Source: Mustelus asterias
Lineage: Eukaryota
Assembly: GCF_964213995.1 (NCBI RefSeq)
Contig: NC_135812.1
Location: 34,534,001-34,598,000, forward strand
Direction of reading: 5' to 3'
DNA: 64,000 bases
Position 1 is the stretch's first letter. Every line of letters starts with the position of its first letter. The notes beneath the pieces are model-generated. The model searched no databases and was not told the origin of the DNA. It worked only from the letters and a program-made list of their open reading frames with translations. Made by a program: the position numbers and the translations under genes. Below, in pieces: positions 51,101 to 63,605 of this stretch.

Positions 51101-54100
51101 TGCCCCTGACCAGCACTGCCCCTGACCAGCACTGCCCCTGACCAGTACTACCACTGATCCGCCCAGCCCCTGACCAGCACTGCCCCTGACCAGCACTGCC
51201 CCTGACCAGCACTGCCCCTGACCAGCACTGCCCCTGACCAGCACTGCATCTGACCAGCACTGCCACTGACCCGCACTGCCCCTGACCAGCACTGCACTGA
51301 CCCACACTGCCACTGACCCGCAGTGCCCCTGACCAGCACTGCTACTGACCCGCACTGCCACTGACCAGCACTGCCACTGACCAGCACTGCCACTGACCAG
51401 CACTGCCACTGACCCGCACTGCCCCTGACCAGCACTGTCCCTGACCAGCACGGTTACTGACCAGCACTGCCCCTGACCCACACTGCCACTGACCAGCACT
51501 GCTATTGACCAGCACTGCCACTGACCAGCACTGCCCCTGTCCAGCACTGCCACTGACCTGCACTGCCACTGACAAGCACTGCCACTGACCAGCACTGCAC
51601 CTCACCCGCACAGTACCTGACCAGCACTGCCCTTGACCCGCACTGCCACTGACCCAAACAGCCACTGACCAGCACTGCCCCTGACCCGCACTGCCCCTGA
51701 CCAGCACTGACCCTGAACAGCACTGCCCCTGGCCAGCACTGCCACTGACCCGCACTGCCACTGACCAGCACTGCCCCTGACCAGCACTGCCACTCACCCG
51801 CACTGCCACTGACCAGCACTGCCCCTGACCCGCACTGCCCCTGACCCGCACTGCCCCTGACCAGAACTGCCCCTGACCTGCACTGCCGCTGACCAGCGCT
51901 GCCCCTGACCCGCACTGCCCCTGACCAGCACTCTCCTGACCCGCACTGCCCCTGACCAGCACTGCCCCTGACCAGCACTGCTCCTGACCAGCACTGCCCC
52001 TGACCAGCACTGCCACTGACCAGCACTCCCCAGACCAGCACTGCCACTGACCCGCACTGCCACTGACCAGCACTGCCACTGACCCGCACTGCCCCTGACC
52101 AGCACTGCCCCTGACCAGCACTGCCCCCGACCAGCGCTCTCCTGACCAGCACTGCCCCTGACCAGCACTGCCCCAGACCAGCACTGCCCCTGACCAGCAC
52201 TGCATCTGACCAGCACTGCCACTGACCCGCACTGCCCCTGACCTGCACTGCCCCTGACCAGCACTGCCCCTGACCAGTACTACCACTGATCCGCCCAGCC
52301 CCTGACCAGCACTGCCCCTGACCAGCACTGCCACTGACCCGCACTGCCCCTGACCAGCACTGCACTGACCCACACTGCCACTGACCAGCACTGCCACTGA
52401 CCAGCACTGCCACTGACCCGCACTGCCCCTGACCAGCACTGCCCCTGACCAGCACGGTTACTGACCAGCACTGCCCCTGACCCACACTGCCACTGACCAG
52501 CACTGCCACTGACCAGCACTGCCACTGACCAGCATTGCCGCTGACCAGCACTGCCCCTGACCAGCACTGCCCCTGACCAGCACTGCCCCTGACCCGCACT
52601 GCCCCTGACCAGCACTGCCTTGACCAGCACTACCACTGACCAGCACTACCACTGACCCGCACTGTCCCTGACCAGCCCTGCCACTGACCAGTGCTTCCAC
52701 TGACCAGCACTGCCACTGACCAGTGCTTCCAATGACCAGCACTACCACTGACACGCACTGCCCCTGACCAGCACTGCTACTGACCCGCACTGCCACTGAC
52801 CAGCACTGCCACTGACCAGCACTGCCTCTGACCCGCACTGCCCCTGACCAGCACTGCCCCTGACCAGCACGGTTACTGACCAGCCCTGCCCCTGACCCGC
52901 ACTGCCACTGACCAGCACTGCCACTGACCAGCACTGCCCCTGATCCACATTGCCACTGACCAGCACTGCCCCTGACCAGCACTGCCCCTGACCAGCACTG
53001 TCACTGACCCGCACTGCCCCTGACCATCACTGCCCCTGACCAGCACAAGCACTGACCCACACTGCCACCGGCCCGTACTGCCACTGACCGGCACTGCCAT
53101 TGACCCTGACCCACACTGTCCCTGACCCGCACTGCCACTGACCAGCACTGCCACTAACCCGCACTGCCACTGACCAGCACTGCCACTGACCCGCACTGCC
53201 CCTAGCCCGCACTGCCCCTGACCAGTACTGCCACTGATCCGCACTGCCCCTGACCAGCACTGCCCCTGACCAGCACTGCCCCTGACCCGCACTGCCCCTG
53301 ACCAGCACTGCCACTGACCTGCACAACCACTGACCAGCACTGCCACTGACCCGCACAACCACTGACCAGCACTGCCACTGACCCGCACTGCCCCTGACCA
53401 GCACTGCTACTGACCCGCACTGCCACTGACCAGCACTGCCACTGACCAGCACTGCCACTGACCAGCACTGCCACTGACCCGCACTGCCCCTGACCAGCAC
53501 TGCCCCTGACCAGCACGGTTACTGACCAGCACTGCCCCTGAACCGCACTGCCACTGACCAGCACTGCCACTGACCAGCACTGCTACTGACCAGCACTGCT
53601 ACTGACCTGCACTGCCACTGACCCACACTGCCACTGACCCACACTGCCACTGACCCACACTGCCACTGACCCACACTGCCACTGACCCGCTCTGCCAGTG
53701 CCCAGCACTGCCACTGAGCCTGACCCACACTGTCCCTGGCCCGCACTGCCATTGACCTGCACTCCCACTGACCCACACTGCCACTGATCAGCACTGCCCC
53801 TGACCAGCACTGCCTCTGACCAGCACTGCCCCTGACCTGCACTGCCCCTGACCAGCACTACCCCTGACCAGCACTGCCACTGACCTGCACTGCCCCTAAC
53901 CAGCACTGCCCCTGACCAGCACTGACCCTGAACAGCACTGCCACTGACCAGCACTGCCACTGACCAGCACTGCCCCTGAGCTGCATTGCCACTGGCCAGC
54001 ACTGCCTCTGACCAACACTGCCCCTGGCCAGCACTGCCACTGACCTGCACTGCCCCTGACCAGCACTGCCACTGACCAGCACTGCCCCTGACCAGCACTG

Positions 54101-55392
54101 CCCCTGACCAGCACTGCCCTGACCTGCACTGCCACTGACCAGCACTGCCACTGAACAGCACTGCCACTGATCAGCAATGACCCTGAACAGCACTGCCTCT
54201 GACCCACACTGCCACTGACCCGCACTGCCCTTGTCCCACACTGTCACTGACCAGCACTGCCTCTGACCAGCACTGCTCCTGGCCAGCACTGCCACTGACT
54301 CGCACTGGCACTGACCAGCTCTGCCCCTGACCAGCACTGCCACTGACCTGCACTGCCCCTGACCAGCACTGCCACTGACCTGCACTGCCACTGACCAGCA
54401 CTGCCCCTGACCAGCACTGCCACTGACCTGCACTGCCACTGACCAGCACTGCCCCTGACCAGCACTGCCACTGACCTGCACTGCCACTGACCAGCACTGC
54501 CACTGACCAGCACTCCCCTGACCAGCACTGCCACTGACCCGCACTGCCACTGACCCGCACTGCCATTGACCTGCACTGCCACTGACCTGCACTGCCACTG
54601 ATCAGCACTGCCACTGACCACCACTGGCACTGATCAGCACTGCCCCTGACCAGCACTACCACTGACCAGCACTACCACTGACCAGCACTGCCACTGACCC
54701 GCACTGTCACTGACCAGCCCTGCCACTGACCAGTGCTTCCACTGACCAGCACTGCCACTGACCAGCACTGCCACTGACCAGTGCTTCCACTGACCAGCAC
54801 TGTCCCTGACCAACACTGCCACTGACCAGTGCTTCCACTGACCCGCACTGCCACTGATTAGCCATGCCATTGACCAGTGTTTCCACTGACCAGCACTGAC
54901 CTTGACCAGTGCTTCCACTGACCAGCACTGCCACTGACCCGCACTGCCACTGACCAGCGCTGACCCTGACCAGCACTGCCCCTGACCAGTGCTGCCACTG
55001 ACCAGCACTGGCACTGACCGGTGCTGCCACCACTTCCCAGGCAGAGTGTGTGACCTCACTGGAAAGACTCTGGCCCATTTGAGGGTACAGCATATCACGC
55101 CTCTCCACCACTGTATCTAGCTCGCTCCTAGTACCCTGGCACTGGCTTCCTCGCTGCCATCCCCTTGGCTAGACTTTGAACAGGTGCCAGGGAGGTGTTT
55201 AACTGCAGCTTCTCCCTGACTGAGATGCCCAGTTGATGTCGGGCGGGTGAATCAGAGACATCTCACCCCAGGCATGGCGGGAATGTCAAGTGCCTAAAAA
55301 TACAGCAGGAGATCCCACCGACTGGGCTGGGGTGATTCTCTCCAGTTTTCTCCCCCAAAACGACACAACCAAAAGAAAGGAAAATTCTGCCC
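45130..55392 (-). mobile_element. PIF/Harbinger-type element carrying a decayed Myb/SANT accessory gene, split by a satellite
   Basis: N-half VERRDMLYPQMGQSLSSEVTHSAWEVVAAPVSAS (55111-55010); C-half VSASSLHRRTGVQCGKKMSAAR|gttagt (46310-46240); next exon KLAHNKE (about 45990). All are homologous to the + copy at 60080-61180. TIR-like gggcagaattttc at 55392-55380. Confidence 0.72.
46299..55020. repeat. 8.7-kb satellite of a 16-bp unit CTGACC(A/C)GCACTGCC(A/C), about 545 units, with higher-order duplication blocks
   Basis: Seen directly. The rare variant cacagtacc recurs at 46972, 47452 (+480), 49998 and 51609. Confidence 0.98.
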
Positions 55393-55556
55393 AAAGATGA
55401 ATTCCCATTGGTAGAAGTACATCATAGATCTGGATGTGAGGATCGAGCTTAAACAATTCAATGATGTTGACAGATTGCATCAACTTGAGTTGTATTTCCT
55501 TCAGATCAGAAGGAGATTTCCTTGAGTTCAGAGGGTTGAGGTGATGATCTGACTGA

Positions 55557-55821
55557 TCCCCAATCCCCACCCAAACCCTTTCCCCACAACCCCCTGCATT
55601 TACCCTCGCTTGGCCCCCTGTCACTAGGGGGCAATTTAGCATGGTCATTCCACTTAACCCGCATATCTCTTGATTGTGGGAGGAAACCGGAGCATCCAGA
55701 GGAAACCCACAAAGACATGGGGAGAATGTACAAACTCCACACAGACAGTGACCCAGCCGGGAATCGAACCCAGGTCCCTGGCGCTGTGAGGCAGCGGTGC
55801 TAGCCACTGTGCCACTGTGCC
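55557..55821 (-). mobile_element. HE1-type V-SINE, older and 3'-truncated
   Basis: Head and V-domain core are recognisable. Confidence 0.85.
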
Positions 55822-56719
55822 AAGAGAATGTGCTCATGCTCAGAGATTGTTGCCCAGAGTTGTGTCAGTGGGTAGGAATATCTCCCCACAGAATACATCA
55901 GTATTTACAGGTTGTTCCCAGAAGAAGGTGTCATTATTAATTTTTTTTTAGTTTTTGCATTTTTCCCTCGGGCACTGTGTCAGTATTTAGAGACTGTTCC
56001 TCAGAGAACTTAAGAGCTTTGTGCCCAGAGGCTGTGTCAGCATTCAGAACTTGTTCCCTGAAGTATTTTTCATTATTTACTGATTGCTCCACCAGAGAAT
56101 ATGTCCGAGCTTTGAAATTGCCCCGCGATAATGTGTCATTCCGAGCTTGTTATCAGAGAGCATACCATTATTTTCAGTTTGATTCCAGGATACTACATCA
56201 GTATTCCCTGTTTGCTGCCTGGAGTCATTTCATTATGTCTCATGTAACAGCCGGGATTTGTTCTAAACTTGGTCATTTTAATGTGTAGCAGGAACCAGAG
56301 GCTTAGACTTCACTTGATAAAAAGTAATGGAGCAAAGTTTGTAATAGATAAATCACACTATTTGAAAGGCATACTTTTTAAAACTGCAAATATTTACTGA
56401 ATTGTCCATGACATTTACATATTTATTTCTGATTAGTACCCCTCTTATTGAAATAAAAGCCTCTGAGGAGGAAAATGTATATTCACAATTTGGGAGATGC
56501 ATATCAATGTATCCATGACATTCCTGCTAAGAATGTAAGTTATTGTGTTGCGTTCCCAGTTCTGTCTTCCACTTGTTTCTATTTTGAGTTTGATTTTGTG
56601 TTTTATTAAGTGTGGTGTTATTTGGAAGGGAAATGGGTCCAATTTGGTGCTCAGCCACTTGTATCATTGCTCTTCAGAAACCTGTGTGAAAACTGACAAC
56701 CGGATGTTTACACTTCATT

Positions 56720-57512
56720 AAGGATTTATTATTGTCACATGTATTGGGATACCATGAAAAGTATTGTTTCATGCGTGCTATACAGACAAAACATACCATT
56801 CATAGAGTACATTGGGGAGAAGGAAAGGATAGGGTGTAGAATATAATGTTGCAGTCATAGCTAGGGTGTAGAGAAAGATCAGCTTAATGTATGATAGGTC
56901 CATTCTTCTCTGATGGCAGCAGGGAAGAAGCTGTTCTTGAGTCAGTTGGTAGGTGACCTCAGACTTTTGTATTTTTTACCCGACAGAATAAGGTGGAAGA
57001 GAGTATGTCCAGGTTGCGTGGGGGCCATGATTATGCTTTTCCAAGGCAGCAGGAAGTGTAGGCGGAGTCAATGGATGGGAGGCTAGTTTGCGTGATGGAC
57101 TGGGCTACATTCACAACCCTTTGTAGTTTATTGCAGTTTTAACAAAGAACAATACAGCACAGGAACAGGCCCTTCGGCCTTCCAAGCCCGTGCCGCTCCC
57201 TGGTCCAAACTAGACCATTCTTTTGTATCCCTCCATTCCCACTCCGTTCATGGCCAGGTTTTGGCCAGAGCAGGAGCCATACCAAGCTGTGATACACCCG
57301 GATGGGATGCTTGCTATGGTGCATCTGTAGAAATAGGTGAGGGTTGTTGCGGACATGCCAAATTCCCTTAACCTCCTGAGAAAGTAAAGGCATTGGTGGG
57401 CTTTCTTCACTATAGCGTCGGCGTGGAGGGACAGGACAGATTCTTGGTGATCTGGACACCGAGAAACTTGAAGCTCTCGACCATAACCACTTCATCCCCG
57501 TTGATGTCGACA
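56720..57512 (-). mobile_element. Rex1/Babar LINE 3' part, with a CR1 3'-end insert at 57140-57252
   Basis: SFKFLGVQITKNLS and KKAHQCLYFLRRLREFGMSATTLTYFYRCTIASIPSGCITAWYGSCS are typical Rex1 C-terminal motifs. Confidence 0.82.
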
Positions 57513-58006
57513 GGATTTTTACAACTGGAAGTGATGATGTCAGGGAGAGGACAACCTGAACCCAGAGGGGGTAAATGGTCCAGCTCAGTATTCTTGTAAC
57601 TATTTATTGTATCACAGATAACATGTAAACTTCAACTCAACTTCCATCACTTCCCACATGCAATTTTCCCTTTAATTCTTCTTAATTTCAAATGGGACTC
57701 ACCCTAGTGAGCCCTCAGGGAAATACATTCCCACCCACACGTATGATCTATTCCACCAGTCGTTATCCTAGAAGTCCCTAAATGCATGCTGCTGATAGTT
57801 CAAAGGTCACTGCCATGGCAATGATTGATGCAAACTCTCTTCTTCCGCTGCCTTTTCCGCACCATTGGCAGACAAAGCAAATCAATAGCAATGACCAATT
57901 GGATTATGACCAACACATGAGACATGATTCCTATCCAAGGATTCGTCTCAACCATAGTTTCCCAATTCTGTAACAGTTTTCCATAATGGGATAATTTTAG
58001 CACTTT

Positions 58007-59009
58007 GGGCCTGATTTTACCATTTTGTTTCTAAGTGCTGAATCTGGGCACAATTCAAATCTGACTTGGAAACCTGTTCTCAGGCACCCCCATACGCACA
58101 TAGCCTGAAAAAAAATTGCGAGTCTGAATTGCGCTGTGGGCGGGGCTTATCGCGTCTGAAATGCTGCAGCTCCAATCGGAGCCTTCAACTGCGCATGTGC
58201 GTGAAAGAAATTTGAAAAAAACACCCCTTTCACATCGCTTCCAGGCCGCAAAAAGTTGATAAAGTGGCCCGGGAGCGAAAGGTGGGAGTGATGGCCCCCA
58301 CAGACATTGCCCCGCCCCCACAACATAACTTTCTCCCTTATCCACCCATCCACCCTGCTACCCAGACCGATTGCGACCCTCTGCCCCCCTTCCCCCCACC
58401 AATCACCCGCAGAGTGGCAGCGGACCATCCCTGCCCCCCACCGATCATTCGCAGAGTGGCAGCAGTCCCCCCTGCCCCTCCGCCCCCCCCCACCGGAGAT
58501 CCATGTGGCCTCCATTTCCCCCCCCAGGGAACATTCGGGCCTCCCTGTCCCCACCCTGCTCACCAGAGGATGATCAGGCCCTCCCCCAACCAGAGATAAA
58601 TCTGACACGCCTCCTCCTCCTCCCCCTCCCCCACCAGAGAATGATCTGGTCCGCTCTCCCCCTCACCACCGATCTGAGTTAGAGAGCCGCCGGAAGCTCT
58701 GAACTTACGTCTTCAGAAGCTGGAGCACCCAAAACAGACCTTTGCCGAGCAGCTCTGTTTCGCGCAGAATCTGGACGCGCGAACGCGATGGTAAAGGGGG
58801 AAATGCTGGTAAAGTTGGGCGGGCAGCCCATTAATTCAATTGAAATGCATGCAAATGCATTTAAATCGCCGTTGCGCCTGTTTCGGGCACTGTTCGGATC
58901 ACAGCCATTTTTGGGCCTTGGTAAAGTGGGCATCTGTGCATTCGCGGGTGTGGATTGTGCTAATTGCCTCACGCCTGACTTTACCTGATGCAATGATAAA
59001 ATTGGGCCC
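58007..59009. mobile_element. Non-autonomous Harbinger-type TIR element (about 1 kb)
   Basis: TIR GGGCCTGATTTTACCATT / AATGATAAAATTGGGCCC (15/18 match), flanked by TTT on both sides. Confidence 0.75.
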
Positions 59010-59452
59010 TTTGTGTATTTTCCCCCTCTTCACTTTGTCTTTGTTTAAATTTCCACAATTGATACTGGGTTACATAAAGGTCATTTAGTAATTTAGTTCT
59101 TGTAGTCTGAACTTTAGGTTCAAATAGGTTCAAATTGGTTCAATACAGCCAGATTTATGAATAAATTATTCCATATTCACATTAGCGAGTGAGTTGGAAA
59201 GATCAATACCACTTCCCTTTTCTAGGTTGTAGGACACAATATACAATAATTCTGTGAAGTTCTTTGGAATGAATAATAAGATTTAGTAAGGACGCTTTCA
59301 GGAGCAGAGATCATGTACTGTTAAAACAATCAATTCATTTAACTTTATCCAGATTCCCTCCACTGGAACATAGGTACGGTGGCCTTAAGTGGACAAAGTG
59401 CACAATTTTCAGTACACTACGTTCTTCCAATTCTTAGTAAATGAGAGGCTTA

Positions 59453-59581
59453 GGGCAGGATTTTCCAGCAGCATTCGCCCCCACGGCCAGAAAAATCCCG
59501 CCCGAGGTAAATGGACATTTGCATGGTCTGTGTCCCGCCTGCTGCAATTCCCGTGATGGGCGGGATGGGAAAATTCCGCCC
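59453..59581. mobile_element. 129-bp PIF/Harbinger MITE with a TTA target-site duplication
   Basis: TTA-GGGCAGGATTTTCC ... GGAAAATTCCGCCC-TTA. Confidence 0.85.
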
Positions 59582-59829
59582 TTAGTGTGCCTCAATGATT
59601 TGTTTCCAAATGAATTGAAATATAATTTTACCATTCAGCTTCACCAGTAATCTATTTGCGTGTTCTGATGTTTGTATTAATTTAACAATGCACTCAATCC
59701 TGTATAATGAGATGTTAGATCCATTCACCAACTGAAAGTGGTTCACTCACAAATAGGATATCATCTAACTTCAAGTCTGGTCTTATTTAACTCACGTTCT
59801 TCACCTGAAATATCAGAATCAGATTCAAT

Positions 59830-62200
59830 GGGCAGAATGATCCAATATTTTGGCAAAATGTCTTCTTGTGTGGGAAAAGGAGGTGATTAGTCCTCCGCCA
59901 GCCATGGTGGGTTTTGTGTCATATTTTTAGCCACTTTGAAAAACAGATTTTTGCTGAGTATGTGATGGCCAGTCACAAACTTCACCACGCCATTAGCTGT
60001 GTGCTTCAGTCAATGGCTCGCTCCATTGAAACGCTGCCCCAGGACTCCCCAACACTGGTTCAAAGTCCACCAGTGAGAAAGGCTGCAAAGATATCAGCCC
60101 CAAGATTCAGTGAGACATCCCTTGGCAGAATGCTGGATGCTGTTGAGGAGCGGCAGCATATCCTGTACCCACAAACAGGGAGAGGACTCTCCAGCAAGGT
60201 CTCCAACACTGTATGGGAGACAGTGGCAGTGCCGGAAAGTGCCAGCTACCTGTAGGGGAGGATGGGCATCCAGTGCAGGAAGAGGATGAATGGTCTTCCC
60301 CGTTCTGCCAGGGTAAGTCAATCTTCTCAGCACTCTGCACTCACCCACTCACACACACACTCACCCACTCACACACACTCACCCACTCACACACACACTC
60401 ACCCACTCACACACACACTCACCCACTCACACACACACTCACCCACTCACACACTCACCCACTCACACAACCACACACACCCACTCACACACTCACCCAC
60501 TCACCCACTCACATACTCACCCACTCACATACTCACCCACTCACACTCACTCACACACCCACTCNNNNNNNNNNNNNNNNNNNNNNNNNNNNNNNNNNNN
60601 NNNNNNNNNNNNNNNNNNNNNNNNNNNNNNNNNNNNNNNNNNNNNNNNNNNNNNNNNNNNNNNNNNNNNNNNNNNNNNNNNNNNNNNNNNNNNNNNNNNN
60701 NNNNNNNNNNNNNNNNNNNNNNNNNNNNNNNNNNNNNNNNNNNNNNNNNNNNNNNNNNNNNNTCGCTCATCCACACATTCACCCACTCACTCACCCACTC
60801 ACACACGACTCACTCACACATCCACAGGGAACTCACTCACTGTCACCTTGACGGACACCACCACTCGACCACTCGCTCTCCCACACACCTCCGTATCTCC
60901 ATTGCAGCTCGTCTCCTCATCGCATTCCTGCTCCCACTCCCCAACCACACATGCCAGGTCTCCTTAACATCTGCCCGGGCATGTGGCCTGCTTACCTTCT
61001 CCCCATCTGTTTTCTTGCAGGACAAGCTGGCTCATAATAAATGGGAGTGATCCCAGACAGACAGAGGGATGCCCGAGTTTAAAATTCACTCGGAACTCAA
61101 GGAGAGAGCCCTCTGGCTGGTCGGGGAGAAAGAGAATTTCTTCTGCACCGAGAGTGAGGTGGGCATCACAAAAACCAAGTGAGGACCCAGAACATCATCG
61201 TCCATCACACCAATCTGACGGGAGTCCTGTCACTTCAGACACCAGCGAAGATGAGTTCTCACAAATGGAGATTGAAGAGGTGTCACAGCTTTCACCAGCA
61301 TCCTCCACCAATGCAGAGACACACATATCAGTGGGACTCAGTATTCAAGAGGCCTCAGGGTCACAGTCTGGTGAGCACCTCACTCTCTCTGATCCACAGC
61401 AGGTGGAGGCTGGAACGTCCCAGGGAGCCAGCATTCGGGGGATTGCTGGAGGCCAGGACACTGCTGAACCCCAATCAGATGATGTCTATCTGGACTCAGT
61501 TGTGCTTCAGTTTCTGAAGCTCCAAAAGCAAAGTCAGGAACATCAGGAATGGATGTCAGCAACACTCCTCGGATTGAAAGGTAGAATGGAGGAGTCGCAC
61601 TGCCTTCTGTCTGAGGACATTGTACCAACACTCTGAGTCAACCAGGTTAACACTGCGAGGGTGACAGATGCACTGGAGACCTTGGTGACAGACCTCGGTC
61701 CTGCTCTAGGCGAGGGCATGAACTCCGTTGTGCATGACAGACACTCCAATGCGCAGGACATGCACTCCATGGTTCAGGCGCTTGTGGGCATCCACATGTG
61801 CCAGCGCCAGAGGACAGTGTGGCTTCCCCACGTGACTCTAACTGTCCCTCTATCCTAAGGAGGAAGCCAGGGGCCCTTGAGCACCCATAGGGAGGATGAG
61901 AAGCTGATGCACAACCCTAGGCCTTCCACCCAGGATACTCCAGGTTTGTCCAGCTCATCTGACTCTCCTCTTCTTGTGACTGTATCAGCTTCAGCCCATT
62001 GCACCACCACACAGCAGCACCCTGAGAGCAGGCCAGGGCCCTCCAAGCATCAGAGGACGCCTGCCAAGGTAATCACAGATAACAGGGCATGGCAAATAGC
62101 AGGCTGCGTCCACCTCTGCTGTGGATCCTGGGGAGACTCCAAAGACGTAATGACAAGGTTAGAAAGGTTAAGAAGGTCTTGTTTCACAGCATGGGGCTGG
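59830..62200 (+). mobile_element. Harbinger-type element with a decayed, intron-containing Myb/SANT (NAIF1/MSANTD-like) gene
   Basis: SAPRFSETSLGRMLDAVEERQHILYPQTG...VWETVAVPESASYL*GRMGIQCRKRMNGLPRSAR|gtaagt (60312). Next exon ttgcag|DKLAHNKWE (61021), then an acidic linker and a coiled-coil-like FLKLQKQSQEHQE. Confidence 0.72.
60338..60845. repeat. (CACT/CA)n compound microsatellite containing an assembly gap (N, 60565-60762)
   Basis: Seen directly; lies in the Myb/SANT intron. Confidence 0.95.
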
Positions 62201-63295
62201 GTGTTAGGCACTTGTAGATAGTGTCAACCTATGCATGTTAGCATTCAGTGCTTTGTCACTGTTGCAAGGGAAGATTTTCCTACTCCCTGGTTTGCTGAAT
62301 GTTCAATGTCCCACGATATTGCCAGATGCTCCTGTATCCATGAGAACATCCACTTCCAAACAGCCAGTGGTCATGTCACACGTGGCTGGGAGCTCTGTCC
62401 AAAAGAGTGTACAAAAATATATTCAGGGTCATCTGCCTCTACATTGACTACATTCTCTCATTCTTTTATTGTGGTATTGTACATGGCACCCTTCTGGCAG
62501 TATTGATCTTTGTAGCTGGATTTGCCAGTGAGTAACATATGCAAGCAAAATGGTTGAATTCTCCACAGGTTTTTCACACTGCTTGTCAGAAGCAGGACAT
62601 TCTTTCCAATGTGGGTTCGCACCCACATCATAGGAACATTCAATGGACATGTTGTAACTCTGTGAGACTGCCTCCTTGCTCGGAAGTGGTTTCCTGGCAC
62701 GAGCTAACAGTGTTCATAGGAGTGTGAAATTGGGAGTATGATACTTCAAGTTGGCAGCCTCAATTGCAGTGCCTCTAGACTCTGAAAACAATCGTCATTT
62801 TTCTAACTACAGCAGCTCCGGAAGATTTCTGACTTTCTCCAGTGCTTTTCCACACGATTGACTCAGAGAGATAACTCGTGCTTTGATTTCTGGTTTGACC
62901 TGTTTAACTTCACTGAAGTCACATTTGGTTGCTAGTTATCTCAATCGCGTGTGACATTTATCAATTTCCATTGATGGAAAGCATGATACATGTCTCATTT
63001 CCTTACAGAAGGCTGTTGTTTCATACAATGTCGTTTTCTTGGGTGTAACTACATTGTTTGTGCGCTAAGTTATTTTCATCCTGCAAAGGCGTAAATGTTC
63101 CCAAGATATCTTTCAAATCTTCACCCACACAGTGGAATTGTAAGACATTTTTTCTCTTTTGCTTTTTTTGATTTCAAAAGCTGCCATTTCGCCTTTGAAA
63201 CCTCCCAACCGCTTTTGCCAATGTGGGAAAAGAGATGATGGCTTTGAGTGCACATCAAATGGTTGTAAATTTCATAGAATTCATATATTTCCAAT

Positions 63296-63605
63296 TTAAT
63301 AGAATCCCTACAGTGCAGAAGGAGGCCATTCGGCCCATCGAGTCTGCACTGACCACAATCCCACCCAGCCTCTATCCCCACAACCCTACTTACCCCCTGA
63401 CACTAAGGGGCAACTTAGCATGGCCAATAAACCTAACCTGCACATCTTTGGACTGTGGGATGAAACTGGAGCACCCGGAGGAAACCCACGCAGGCACGGG
63501 GAGAACGTGCAGATTTCACACAGACAGTGACCCAAGCCGGGAATCGAACCCGGTCCCTGGTGCTGTGGGGCCGCAGTGCTAACCACTGTGCTACCGTGCC
63601 GCCCC
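63296..63605 (-). mobile_element. HE1-type V-SINE
   Basis: Full head, core and tail. Confidence 0.9.

Noticed and set aside
46299-55020. CRISPR-like array
   Set aside because: Head-to-tail repeats with no unique spacers, no cas genes, and a eukaryotic context.
46236-55111. Dozens of long - strand ORFs (up to 470 aa, Gly/Ser/Cys/Trp-rich) as a structural protein gene
   Set aside because: They are open in all three frames because the 16-bp unit lacks stops on that strand. The period is not a multiple of 3 and indels are frequent, so there is no sign of frame selection.
60213-61050. His/Thr-rich ORFs
   Set aside because: Microsatellite translation across an N gap.
59914-61636. Domesticated host gene (NAIF1/MSANTD-like)
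   Set aside because: Contains in-frame stops (TAG at about 60253) and frameshifts, and has a second decayed copy in the window. It behaves as a TE relic.
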